A stretch of DNA of 64,000 bases, from NCBI GenBank assembly GCA_905178155.1, contig CAJINV010000004.1, positions 10,709,655-10,773,654 on the forward strand, read 5' to 3'. Below, piece by piece: positions 25,301 through 38,700 of this stretch. Origin of the DNA: Amoebophrya sp. A120 (taxonomy: Eukaryota; Protista; Dinoflagellata). The notes under the pieces are model-generated. The model worked only from the letters and a program-made list of their open reading frames with translations, was not told where the DNA came from and ran no database searches. A program made the position numbers and the translations under genes. Position 1 is the first letter of the stretch, and each line of letters opens with the position of its first letter.

Positions 25301-28300
25301 CGGCCCGGTACTAGAACCTCCGGGGCGGAGTCTAATGCATGCGCCCGCCCAAGCCCACAGCCACATGGTTGGCGCGGGTGTGTGGTCGGCCAGTTTCTCT
25401 TGTCTCCGGTCCGGCTTGGTCGACGTCCTAACAGAAGCAAAAAGCGAGGGGGCCAGGATGCGCGCATCGTAGAAAGCTATCTAAAAAGCCCCACCCCAGG
25501 CATCGCCTTTGGTCGTGGTTTGGATGAAGGTTTGGTGGGCCTTGGTTGCTGGAACGCACCGCGCCCGCGCGTAGCTAATCCCAGCACCCCTCCGCCCCCT
25601 ACCTGTTTGAAAAGCGCGCAGGCCAGGTCCCCGCCCTCTTCGCCCTTTCCGTTTGGGTAGATTCTTGTCTGTGTGTTGCCGTGTGAAGAGGCTTCGTCCC
25701 CCGCTTCCGGTTGTGGGCGTTTTCTGTCGCGCCCGCGCCTGCCCCCTCCGTTTTTAGTGTTGGCATTGGCCTGCGTTTGCAGGTTCCCCCGCGTCACGCC
25801 GACGCCTTTGTTTGCTCGGGGCGATTGTGCGGCAACCCCTCTGCCCTCAAGGCTGCCGCGCTTCCGCTTCGTTTTGCTTCACTTGCGTAACGGCCCCACC
25901 GCAGAGTAGTTCGGCCTCCGCGATCGATTGCCGGGCAAGGCGGGGCCGCCAGCGTTGTTTCGCGGCTTCGCTGCTCGGCGCCATGTCGCCTTGCCTCCGC
26001 GACTAAACAAATCGCAAAAAAGCGGGTGCACCGGGGTGGCCAGTCTCCGTACGCCGCCAGATGCGGAGGGCGCGGGCGCGGGGAAGTTTTGGGCCCGGCG
26101 CCCTTCCGCTTTATGTGCGCGTGGCCACTAACCTCGAAGCGATCCACCTTGCGGCCCCGGCGCGCCAGTTTGTTTATGCTTAGTTACGTAGATGCGCCGA
26201 AGCTGATGCCGTGGCACTATCGGGGCGACGCCCTAGGGGGCGGCGCCGTAGCACTGACTCGCCTTCGCGCATATTTGTACAGACCCGCGGGGCGTCGTGT
26301 TGCGTGTGTGTGTGTATGTGTGGACGGGCTTGCGCCCAAAAATACAAACGAGCCCCCCCCCAGGCGTGTCGCTGCACACTGATGCCCCAGCTGGCTCAGA
26401 CAGCCGGGCCCGAGTTTTGTCATTGATTCGCGGGCACATTGTCACTGTTGATGCTGCCCGCCCCGTAATTGTTCGTGTCACGCCAAGCCTTCGGGCTAAG
26501 TGGCCCAGACACAATCGAAAGGGCGGCGGCCGGGTGGTGGTTCGTGGCATTTCCAAGCACGGCCGTGGAGATCGCCCCAGCTCGCAAAACCATGCTGCGC
26601 TCGTGATAGGCGCTAGCGCCACTGCCGAACGCGAGCGACTGGGCCCGCCGCAATATCTATCGCAGCGCGCGGCCTGTGTGCCTCGCGTTCTCGGTCCGCC
26701 TTGCGCAGGTGCCTTGGTAGCCATTGCGTGACAAATCTGGGCAGAACCATCTGGGCCAAGTGGCTCAGACGGCAACTGTCGGCACCCGTCACGTGCTGGC
26801 AGCGGCACTTTCGTGCCCGTGCCGCCCGCTGCCTGACTAATGCCAGGCAAGCCACTTGAGACAATTGGATGACCCGGGCACGCGCTGCCGGGGTTCGTCA
26901 TGCGAGGCCACCTCGCCGAAGCCGACCGCATGCCGGTATCTGGCAAACCTCGCCGAAGCCGTATGGTGGAAGTTGGCTCATGCGACGCAGTGGCGGGTTT
27001 GTCACTTGCGAGCACCTCGGCGGACGCCCCTGGATGTCACATCCCGCGCAGGCCATTCTGGAAAATTGGCTGCAATAGTTTCCATGGGGCTGTCCAGATG
27101 CGAGCACAAAAAAGCCTGCGCACCAAATTAGAAGTGGCCGGCCGCCTGAGCAAATTGATCCCAACCAGTTTCCCTTGCTGCCAGGCACGGGGCCCAAAGT
27201 TCCCTGGCGCAGTAGCGAAGCCTCTTAAGCGTGACAAACCCCGGGCGCTGCTATTTGGGCCAACGAGCTCGGTTGTGTTTCGCGGATTTGTGCTGGCGCA
27301 AGGGCACGAAGGTGCAGGGCTTAGGCGTGTCAGATCTCCAACCTTCCCGCTTGAGGCGGCTGGCCCAAATAGGTGGGTCTCATGGGGAGAGCCACGCACG
27401 GGCACCAAGAGGTTAGCGCGGGATAAATCCCGAGGCCCGCTTGAGCCTTTGTATCTTGTCTAGTGCCAGACCTGCCAAGCGAAGGCGCTCGACGCGTGCG
27501 GTGTGGTGCTTCCTGCCAAGGGGAGGCGCCTTGCTCGATGCCTTCTACCCGGAAAAAGGAGGGGGTGCCGCGGGGGTCGCTCAGCGGCCGTGCAGGGGCT
27601 TATTCATATAACCACGGCCCGCAAGCGCAGCCGGACTTAATGGCGCCCGCCAGTCCGCGCGCAGTCAGTCGTCAGTGGCTCTGCACGGAACTAGCGTCAG
27701 TCCGGTGCCCGTTGGGTGTTTCGCCCGCTTGCGGCGCAATAAAAGGGGATACCCGGGGGCGCCGAATGAAATAAAATCTTCATCAAGAGCACGGCTCAGC
27801 CGATGGAGCGGTCGGCGGGCTGTCGACGTGCGTTGCGAGGTCTTACGATGTGTGGCACGCCCTCGCTCTTTCATCCGCTTGGGCCCGCCAATGGGCTTCC
27901 GGGATTCGGATTTGTCTTTGTCAGGCACGGGCACCGAGTTGCCCGCGCGAGACGGACCCACGAAGCAGGTTCGTGGGCTAAGGGTTCGACATGCGCTCGC
28001 GATGTTTCTTTGTCATGCGCCGGCGAGTTTCGGCCATGATAGACCGCGGCAGGTTTTGCTTATGCCAATTGGCCCGAGTGGCTTGCTCGGGAGGGGCCAG
28101 GCACTGCCCAGTTCAGTCAGGCGCGCAGCTGCCTGATTTTACGCGCACCCGCAGACGGCGGCGCGGTGCTTGACGTGCCTCGCAGGCTGGGCGTTGAGAG
28201 CGCTTAAGGCTGGCCAAAGGGTCAGGCACGAAAAATCTGCAGCGATCTGCGCGAAGCCGTGCCTGACAAGTTCGAGGGCTCAATGGGCTTCAAAAAAGTG

Positions 28301-28787
28301 CTCTGCGCCGGCCCTAAATTCGTCGCGGGCCGCAGTGGTATGAACTAAGCGAGTGTGATAGTTTGCGCGACCGGCCCGAGAAGATATATATAAGACTATT
28401 AGCGGCGCCAGCACGTCACAAGGCGCCGGAAAATTGTAGCAGCTGGCTCCGTGACACCCGGGAAGGCCAGCATACTTTTTGGAATCGTTGGAAGAGGCCA
28501 AGCACCAAATAGGCGCATATGATGTTAACATAATTGGCGGGACTACTTTGTCAATCAAATAAGGAGGCAAGCAAGGATACTGCATGTGATGCACACCGAG
28601 AGGCTTACAGTCCGTGCCGCGAAGTCTAATATAGCTGCATGTTTACTAGAGTGCAGTGCTTGAAAGAAGCAAGGTCATGTCGCTGCGTGCTGTTTTTGAT
28701 GCACTTCTAGCAAGTACTACACAGACCAACCAGGAAAAGTAGACAGCACGGAGGTGCCCACAGCCACGCACACGCATTCTATGTCCG

Positions 28788-29897
28788 ATGCTTTCTTTCA
28801 AGCGTACGCGCCCGCCCGAAACAGACCAGGACAAAATCGATTTGACGTCTTTTGTGGGGCATCTGGCCAGCCAGATGAAAGACCTGCGGAAGAACTTCGG
28901 CAGGGAAATGAAAGACAGCGAGCTCTTTCGTGCCCAGAAAGAGATGGTGGAGTCGGCTAAAGGCCTGGGAGCAGCGTATGACCTCCACAAAGGAAACCTG
29001 GGGAAGGGCGCGGAGCACAGCCACGGGTACACGGTGCGCGCGCTCGCTGCCGCGACAAGAGCAACCGGCGAGGCAATCTGCTTGGGCAGGAGCCGGAGAG
29101 AGGCTGTGATAGCCGGGGACACTGCCTTTCAGCGCGAAAAAGCGGCAGCGGACTTGCAAGGCATTGTGGACAGTGTGAGCACCCTTATAAAAGATAAAAA
29201 GCAGTCGAAGTTTACACTTCCGCTTCCGGTTTCGGAACAGGTACACTCGACGGACGAGGACTCGCGGAAAAACAAACGGCGTCCTGCAGATGCAGTGAAG
29301 GAGTGGAGCGCAGAACTCTCGGCCTTGGCTCAGGTGGTGCCGGGAGATGAATCCTCCGACGTGTCCGCGCGCACTCACATCCCTGCCGCTGCGGCCTTTG
29401 GGAAGTTGGGCCGCGAGGTCGAGATGCTCGGGCGCACGACTGAACGCAGCAGACTTCCGGAGCGCCTCGACCTTGTGCAAAAAGCGTTTCGCGCTGCGAA
29501 AGTGGCATTGGAGGAGGACCTGCCGAAACTGAGAGAAGAACGCGAACGAGAACTCCAGAAGAAGCAAAAAGAGCTGCAAAAACTCCGGACCGATGGAGGC
29601 GCATCGGCGGAGGGGGATAAGGAGAAGAAAAAAAAACAAAAAGATCTTGGAGGCATCGAACAAGAGGTGAGGGACCTCCAAGAGAACATCAAACGCATTC
29701 AGGCAGGCGAAACGGGTGGGCGCAAATTTGTGTCAGACTTTGAGGCAAGCTTGCCGGTCGACCAATTGTGGCGGATTGCGCAGGTCGCCAAGCTCAGCAG
29801 CTCGCCTGATTTTCTCTCGGCTCAGGCGGCAGCCCTCCGGGAGGCGATGCAGAAGGGGAAAGATGATCCAAAAGCAGTGGAAAAGGTATCAAAGTGA
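28788..29897 (+). CDS. Intronless hypothetical coiled-coil-rich protein (369 aa); may be the remnant of a longer decayed ORF
   Basis: Long ORF with K/E-rich heptad-like C-terminal half; upstream sequence looks coding but contains stops. Confidence 0.45.
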   Translation: MLSFKRTRPPETDQDKIDLTSFVGHLASQMKDLRKNFGREMKDSELFRAQKEMVESAKGLGAAYDLHKGNLGKGAEHSHGYTVRALAAATRATGEAICLGRSRREAVIAGDTAFQREKAAADLQGIVDSVSTLIKDKKQSKFTLPLPVSEQVHSTDEDSRKNKRRPADAVKEWSAELSALAQVVPGDESSDVSARTHIPAAAAFGKLGREVEMLGRTTERSRLPERLDLVQKAFRAAKVALEEDLPKLREERERELQKKQKELQKLRTDGGASAEGDKEKKKKQKDLGGIEQEVRDLQENIKRIQAGETGGRKFVSDFEASLPVDQLWRIAQVAKLSSSPDFLSAQAAALREAMQKGKDDPKAVEKVSK

Positions 29898-32739
29898 AAA
29901 GCCTCGCCCCGCCCCGAGTTGGCTCTCAGTCTCCGTCGGGCCGCAGGCCCGAAAGGTTCCTTCGGTTGCGAACTTTTCGCGACCTTTGTATGCAGGGTGG
30001 GGCCGGATCCGGGAATGCGCTGGGTTTCTCCTATCGTGTGTTTTTCTCGCGGACCATACCGTACTAGTAGCAGTCGCCCGCGCGCGCGGCAGAACATCAG
30101 CGCGCGCGGACTCGCAGGTTGCGCATATGCGTGTTCTGTTTTGGGTGTCCCCGTCGCCCCCTTTTGTACTGCGGTGTGTGTGTCCCTTCTTTTCTGTTAC
30201 AAGTCTTCCTGCGCTACATCAGCAGGGCAGGAGGCGTCAGCAGCAGCGTCCCAATTTCGGATTGTTGCTGCTGACACCCAGTAGACGGGCGGCAAGGGAC
30301 TCCACGCACAACGCCTGCATCATGGCAAGGGAATCGCGACCGCTCGCACTGTTGCTGCTTGTTTTCTCTGGAAGTTGAAGGCGCAACAACGAAAAGGGCC
30401 GCGGCCCGCGCTCGGTATTCTTTTTTCGCTCTACATATTTCGTGCGCTACGGGCCGCCTTTGTGTAGCATTGCGTCGGCGCGCCCGTATGCGTGGGCTCG
30501 CACGTTCGGGCCCGTGGTGCTCTTGGTGGTCCTTGCGCCCCACGTGCTCTTGAGCCCTTGCTCTTGCTCCGTAGAAAGGGCGGTCGGTTTGTTTTTCCTC
30601 CACGCCCCGGAGCCGCCGTTTCTTTGTTTCGGTGTGTGGTGCCAGCCGGATTTATTTACTACCGCTGGCGCATGCGCCTCGCGGCTCCTTTTCGGGCACT
30701 GCTTCTACAGGCCCGCGCCGTTTTTCCACCGCATCGGCCGCGCAGGGCATTCGGGCACGGGCGGGCGTGTTCTCCGGGCAGGCTCGGCTAGGCTGAGACC
30801 CCCGGTTGTTGGTGCAGGCGTCTTCTGTGTTTAGCTTCTACTCCTGGGGCGGGGTCCTTTCTGTGCCGACGGTTGGGATAGCAAGCCGGCTTCAGCAACT
30901 TCCGGTTTGTATATGTGTTTCGGCGGCTGCGAATTTTCGTCAGCTTTCGTTGGTATATGGCTGTGGCGGGCTCACAATAGCATAAGCTCGCCCGATTAAG
31001 GGTTAGCTGGCCTGCTGCAGGGCGTCTTCCTTGGCTGCCGGCACAGATGCCGAACAATTCGACGAGAGGCGCGCAGGGCCTTACGTTGTGTTGGAGCCCA
31101 AGTGATGAAAGGAGGCGCCAACAGTTTCGGGCGTGGGTTGAGGGGGGCTCCGAGGTGCGTCCATCGCCGGCTGCGGGCCTTGGGTGGTCCTGTGCCGCGG
31201 TGCTTTGCGGCTCTGTTCGTCCCCCTCCCGGCTGGGCTTGAGGGTTTTCCTCCTCCCGTGGGTTGGGGGTTTTTCTCTGGCCGGCGTGGCGCACATTCTT
31301 GTTTGGGGCGACATTGTGCTTTAGTGCCTGCTTGGGCGGGATTATCGATTTGCCCACTTTGCCTTTTTCTTACATAGTAGATTAGCGCGGAGCCGCAAAA
31401 AATATGCTTCCACCGCACCCTCTTCCGATCTGATGCCGCGTGCGCCGATACTTCTTCTCTCCCTGTCGCGATCCGTCCCAGCTCTGCGGCCGACGCAGAC
31501 AAGCTTTATGGGGTTTCAGGGTTTCCTATTTTGGTTGTACATGGTCTTGGTGCAGCTGCGCCGCGACTTCAAGTGCCGGCCGGGGGCTTGCAGGGCGGGA
31601 CCCCGGGTCTCCAACCTCTGGCGGGCCTTCCAGATTTATCTTGCCCGCGAGCATTCTTGGGCATTTCCCTCTCTCTTTCGAGCATACACGCCCGAGGGCG
31701 CGTCGGTTCGGTGGTTTGTCCGTCATCTAGATTGCCAGATTGTCAGAAGAGAACGATCGAACCGGGGGAGCGCAATCTTTTCACCATGATGAAGGGCTAG
31801 GATTAGCTTCTTCAACACCTACATGGGAGTTTATGAGAATGCACAACTGCCCCTCCCCGTCCCCCTCGTCCTCATTTCTTTGTCATGCAACATGCCAAAG
31901 CCTATTGTATTCCTAAACCTAATCCAATTCCAGCCTTTGCTTCTTGGCACTTTTTTCATGGCAGGTTCTCGCAGTCCAAACAGCATTACAATCTGGTAAG
32001 GATTTGTCATGCCAAACCTGTATCTTCGCAGACACTTGGATTGCTGTTGGATTGCTGGTTATGGTATACAAATGAGGAAGGGGTGGGGTTGTGCACTCTC
32101 ATAGAGTTCATGTGCCGGACCCGACGAGCACGACGACTTCCACGACTATGAAAACAGTGCACTTGCTGGGGATGGTATGGCAGGAGAAAACTGTTTTGCT
32201 GTCAACTTGTAATTCAGAATATGTGATAATAATATCTCAGAAGGGTTTGTCTTGCTACACATGCAAGACAGTGGATTTTAAGCTGTGTTTTATTTCCCTC
32301 ACCAACCTTGCATGTTAAGTTTTCTCTGTCATGTAGAACAAACCTGTAATTAAACGTACTCGGAACAGCTTACATCTCACAAGTAAAGCACCATGTTGGG
32401 CGTGCAATGGGATGCACTCGCTGCGAGTTTTCAGGTCCTTCGCGAAAAAAGCTTTCTTCTTCCTCGCCTTGAGCGCTAGCCTAAACCCAGTTTTTTCATG
32501 CTGAGCCCATAGATATATGTGCGGCGACTCTGAAGCCTGTTCGTAAGTTGCTCGAAGTTGAGGTAAAGTCCATTCGCGTTTTGATATTTCCTTTCTAAAT
32601 TTCACACCTACTAGAACTAGCAACACCACCCGACTTCTGATCTTGCATTACCTTCTCTTGGAACTTGCGTCACATTTCTTGATGCATGTAATGCAAAACT
32701 TGCAAAATCCTGACAACGAAACACTTTTTTCTTGCGACA

Positions 32740-35700
32740 GGTGGAAGACCAAAAAAGGATTATGCAGAAGGCCGGCCTGCGGACCGTGAAGCGATACGGG
32801 CTTCCCTCAGTGACTGAAAACAAAGTGGGCCCCGTGTATGAGTACCGGGCACGCACCTATCTCGCACAGGAGCTGCAAGGAAAGCAGGTGCGGCTGCACC
32901 GCGTGTTTGCTGCCGACGTTAGTCGGAACGGGCTTGCCGACGATGCGAAGCAGGGTGGCAGCTTCGCCGCGCGGCAGGTGCGCGGCCCTCTTGGTGTGGT
33001 TCCCTACCGCCTCATGGCGGAGGTGAGTCTGTCGTGCGCGTACACTTACCCGGTTCCCGCCTGTGACCACCTGTATCAGATGCCGCTGGAGTACCTGTTT
33101 CGCGTTCCGACGGTCGGACAGGTTTTCACCCTGCTGCAATCCGTGACGGCATGGTATGGCGTTCTCAAACGTTACATTCTCAACTGTTACATGGACTTGT
33201 AATGCAAGAACAGCAAAAGCGAAAGTGGCAACGTTGCAGCTTTCGCATTACAGATTTGCCACAGATTATCATACTGTTTGGCCTTTCGACAATTTTTCAT
33301 GCTAAGCACCTGGATCAAGTCGAGGCTGATGGCAATTTTGCATGACAAATTCATGTAACAGTTGAGAATGTAACAGTTGAGAACGCCACACATGGACGGA
33401 GGATGGGTTCGAGTTCCAGCTCCAGCCGGGCGTAGTTCTGCGGCTCATCGCCTTCCACTCGCGGGAAGGCGCGCTTGCTGTGCAGAGCTTCGGATACGTC
33501 CAGTGGCGCCTGGGCGACTACCAACAGTACCAGAAGTGGCTACGGGGAGGCCGGAGCGCTGGGGGAGTACGGAAAAACGCGGAAATATCCCAAGTAAAAA
33601 CGTTCCCACCCCAGAGTTGTCATGCAGATTTGCAAAGGCAGGAAGACTTGTAATGCGCATCCCCATGAGAGCCATTTCCAATCGTGTCTCGGAATTTGTG
33701 ATGCTGTGAACAGGATGAGCAGATGAATCTGTGACGCGGCTGCACTTGCTAACCTGCACTACGCTGCAGAGTGCAACTTGTCATGCGTGACTCACAAAAC
33801 TCCTAGGTTTGTGTTGCAAAATCCCCATCCTGGCTCTGGTGTGGGTGCGTTTTTACTGAGGATAGGAAAGATACCGGTTTCGGTCCGAAGTGGACACTAT
33901 GCGTTGCAAATATGTCTGGGTCTGGAAGATTGCAACTTGTCATGCTGCATCTGAATCATGCAAAAATCTGTGTTGCATGAGTGCCAAAACCTGTCCGCTT
34001 TCGACCAAGCTGGGAGGGAGTTTCTCATGCAGGACAGCCATGATAGAGACCTCACAAAGTCTGTCATGCTAGGCCCCGCATTCCAGACGTCATGGGTCAC
34101 GGAAAACCTGCATGACAAGTTTGCACTCTTCCAGACCCAGACATATTTGCAGTGGATAGACACCGATGCGTTCTACGGGATGTACGACAGAGGGTACAAG
34201 ATTATCGTCGATGAATCTGATCTATGCATTGCAAATATGTCTGGGTCTGGAACTTGTGATGCGCATTTCATAACACACACAAATCCCTCATGCATAGGCA
34301 GCAAAAGGCACCCTCTTCCTGTCACCAAAATGGAGGATTTGACATGTGGATTAGGCATTGCGGAGCCTACTTCTCGAATCCTGTGATGCTAGGGCTTCCA
34401 TGCCAGACCTTCTCCGTCATGCGAAAATAGCATGACAACTTCTTCCAGACCCAGACACATTTGCATTTGATATGATCCGACGCCAGACGAGTCCGAAAGA
34501 AGCAAGCGAGCATCTGCCGGGACTGAAGGTAAAAGCAAAAAGAAAGCGGGGGCTTCTTTTGCGGAAGTCGATGCAGGTCCAGACCAGCAGTCATCTCGTA
34601 TCAATCGGAGCTATCTCAGGTGCAGGGAAAGCGCAAGAAATTTGCCGCGTTGCTTGCAATTTGATGTTGCTTGGGTGCTGGGTAGACAAGAATCTTGTCT
34701 CCCTGCAGAAGTTGTTTTTGATGCGATTCGCAGTCGCACAAAATGCGAAGCTCTTATAGTTACATGTAGGTACTATATCTGTGTTTAATATAAGCATGTA
34801 CTTTTTATTGCAGTTTCCTATCTCCATTTTTTGCGTTGACTTACCAATTCATGTACGCGAATATATACGTCGAAGAAATACAAATGCTACTGCGGGAACG
34901 CGTTCGCAAGTACATTTCGTTCCCGTACGTGGCCTTGTTAGTTTTGACCATGATAAATTTTTCGAGCAGGAGGGGTTTGCACACAATTCCCTGATCTGAG
35001 CATCGTGTTTAGAAATGCATAGGGAAACTTGGAGGGACCTCAATATCTTGGGCTGCGTTTCTTTGGTCACGTCCTACTTGGTCCGAACTTTATTCGTGGC
35101 TGCGCGGCGACGCAACGTCAGGCACTGGCGGTAGCTTGGCGGCGTCGCTCTCCATCGGTCGTGAGCCAGGTTTGAGTCCGGGCACTGACGAAAGCCTGGA
35201 ACAGAAACTGTCGGAAGACCCGACCACGACCACTGACCGAGGTCGGGAAGGCAGCCCGTCTGCCTGGGTGCAGCGTGAGCGAGAGTGGCGCGGCCCCTCA
35301 GCTACCAAAAGGAAGTCCACGAAAAACGCAGGGGCCCGCGAGCTCGCGCAGCAACGCAAGAACGCGGAGAGAGAGAAGCGGCAGAAAAAGGAGGCTGCCC
35401 TCTTCGGTTATCGCCCACAGCGCGTGCTGCCCCTTCGCGAAAAAAATCCGAAACTGTTCCTTTCCGCCGAGCTACCCGCCTCCTTTTTCAAAATTCTCAG
35501 CGCCGATGACACGGAGCTAAAGGACACGAACAGTGGCACCCGCGGAGTGCGTGTGCAGGTGAACGGCGCCGAACTTTGGCAACTTGGGAGCCACGTGGCC
35601 GGCACGGGATCGCCCTCAGGGAGCGGGTACCTCGGCGACGCGGTTGACCCACTTGCCTTCACCGACTTCGAGTCTCGCTTCGCCACCATGCAGCAAGAGG

Positions 35701-38700
35701 AGCGGAAGAAAGAGGCGCGGCTTGAGCGAGTGCGGGTGGACGGAGCGGCCAACGCCGCGCAGCGGGCCAAGCCCGCCAGCCGCATACGGCTTTTGGACCA
35801 TTTCAACGTCTTGCACCGCGGGGACCGCAGTGGGGTTCTGCTCGGCGCACTGCAGAAGGGTTCGAAGGTGTTCGGAGAATATCTGCGGCGCTGGGTAACG
35901 GACAACGTGCGGGTTTACCAGCCTTCGACCGTGACCGCAGCGAAACTTGGGGAGAAGGTAGGCCGCCTTTGGGCCCAGATTTATCAGCGGTATGAGAACA
36001 TGCTCCTCGGGATCCCGCCGCCGAGCCGCCGGAAGGTCGCTGCGACATCCGCCGGCCGCAAGGCGACGGCATCTTCCGCATTCGTGCAAGAAAAGGAGAG
36101 CACCCGGCTGGACGAACAGCGGCGGCAGGCCCGGCAACAAGAAGAGGAAGAGGAGGCGCGCCAGCGGGTAGAATCCGAATTCACCGTCCGTGCAGGGGAA
36201 CAGGCTCGGACGGGCCTGCGCCGTGCCGGGACGCAGGCCACCACGTCTCGGGCCAGCAGACGGACAGAAACCACGCGCAGCCAGCAGAAAATGACGCAGC
36301 AGCACCGCGAGACAGAATCTGCTGCAGTGCGCGCAGATGGCGCGGACGAAACAGACTCCTGGGAGGGGGGCGTGGACTCTGACGACCTGACGGACATTGG
36401 CGAGGATGAGTATGAGGAGGCATACGAACAGTACGAGGAGCGACTTGCACAACACGTATCCCGCGCAAAAGTTGTATCGCACCCGTGTACATCTACATGA
36501 TGTGCAAGCCACCACGCATGACTCGAATCTGTGCTGCAACTTGCTTATATTCTGCAATTCTTTGCAACTACAACTACTTGTACTTCTTACCTCTCCTAGT
36601 GCTCGCGCGATATTCCTTTTGTGCTGCATTACACGGAGGCGGATACGACATCGAGGACAACGACGAGGAGGAGGACTGGGATGAGGAAGACCTGAGATCC
36701 GTGGGCGGTCCTCCGGTCGCCCCGCCATTGATCTATCGCCAGGATGAAAGTGTGTCAGCCTTTTGGCTTCAAGATTCTTTTATTCTTTACCCCCAACTAC
36801 TGCAGCCTCTGACCCGGGAACGCATCGCCGCAGCCTACGATTGGAAGGCCTCCGCGGACAACGTTCAGGAGGCAACCCAAAAACAGGCCAAGTGCCAAAC
36901 GGAGGAAAAAATTCACGACGCAAACGTTTGTGGATCTGTGTTTCATGTGTGGAAGAGCTTTCTGGAGCAGCTAGCGAAGACATTCGTCAAGCCGGTAGAA
37001 AAGGGGCGTAGCGAATCGGGGCCACGTATACTGTGTAAAAACGCCCCCACCCTGGATCTAGTATTTGTCATGCAAATCAGAAGTAGTCCCGATCCCGGGA
37101 CGTGGATGTCTTTCATGTGCAATCGCATGAGTGAGGTTTTCTAAAGTAGTTTCTTTCGGCTCTATAATCAGGGTAAGACGACCGATCTGTGAGTGCGAAG
37201 CGGCTGCACTGGTCACCCACGATCACGCCACACGCTCCGCCGCAAGGGTAAGAATAGGGGTAGTCGGGCGCCAATCCATCGTGCTAGGAAGCCCGTCAAT
37301 TTTGGCTAGTGGTTCTCGAGGCCATGATGGCTGCAGACCTTCTACTGCAGAATGGCCGTCCGGAACGTATTGCAACAAGCAGCCCTTGCCCATTCCCATT
37401 CGCCTGGGGACATGCTTGAGAGGCGTGTTGCGGGAATGTGCGCAGCCCGTGTGTTTGCCATCTGCGTCAAATGCGGAGGGGGCCAAACTCATCGCAGCCG
37501 TTTATCGTTCGGGGCAAGTTCTTATCAAATGCAAAAATGTCTGGGTCTGGAGAATTTCTAGATTTGTCATGCATATTTTCCATGAGCCATGGCATGTTGA
37601 TGTCTGTGACGCATGCCGTAGCATCAGAGAGTTTTAGAGTGCTTTGTGATCCCTCTACCGCATGAGAAATGCCGCCCTCTCCACGTAGGACAAACCCGAC
37701 CCCTCTCGCTGGTCATGCAATACAATTTTTTTTAGAATCCACAGACAGCATCACAAGTTGTGACCTTCCAGACCCAGACATATTTGCATTTGATAGTTCT
37801 TGCGCATGGGCCACGGGTTAACATGCGAGTTCATAGCACCTGCGAGTTCCCGCTTGTAAGCGTGCCGACGATTCTCACAAAGAAATACAAATAGCCTAGC
37901 GCGCTTCGCCTTATTGTTTGCCACCTCTTCTGTGACAGTGGGTGTGCGGTATGAACATGAAGACATTCAGCCAAGCACTCAGACAGCAAGTGCTGAATAT
38001 CGGTAAACTTCTCGAGAACACGTCCTGAGGCTGGTCTGACGTGCAGCATGACCGTGTGGTCTATTGCACAGCGTCGATAGATGGTGCATACATTCCCGCA
38101 TTGCCACTTCCCTATCTTGCGCTTCTTGCAGGAGAGCCTGATGCTGCAGCCGCGCAGTCTGTTTCTGCGAGCGCAAACACGTCACGCACCATAGCCAAAC
38201 GAAACCTTGCGGATTTGCTTTGCAGAGTTCCCTCCATCTCCATCTTTATCCACTGGAAATTCTTAGAAGTATGTCTGGGTCAGGAAGTATCCTGGAAGTG
38301 TGTAGATGTATGTCGTGCAGTTTTTGGCTGACCGTGAAAGACACAAACGAAATGGTGTGAAATGCATGCAAGATCGCTGCAGGCTCACCGCAGGCCTCTT
38401 GATGCCTGTCTTGCATGGGAATTGCGCTATTTGCGTAGCAGAAATTGAGCAGATTTTGGAGCTCATGCAACGCAAATTTTTGCATTTGCGTGTTTTAGAG
38501 TTTGCATTACCTCCAGACCCCGACATTATATTTTCAAGCTATAATAGTGTTAGTGGACAAGACGAACACCTGAGCACCCACGCTGTCAACCTCTGTGACG
38601 ATACACCTTTCCGGTATCAATTCACTATATGCACAAGCACGCAAGCGACGTATGTCTCTTGCTGCGTTACATCCTGTCAGGATTCATATGATTCGCATAG

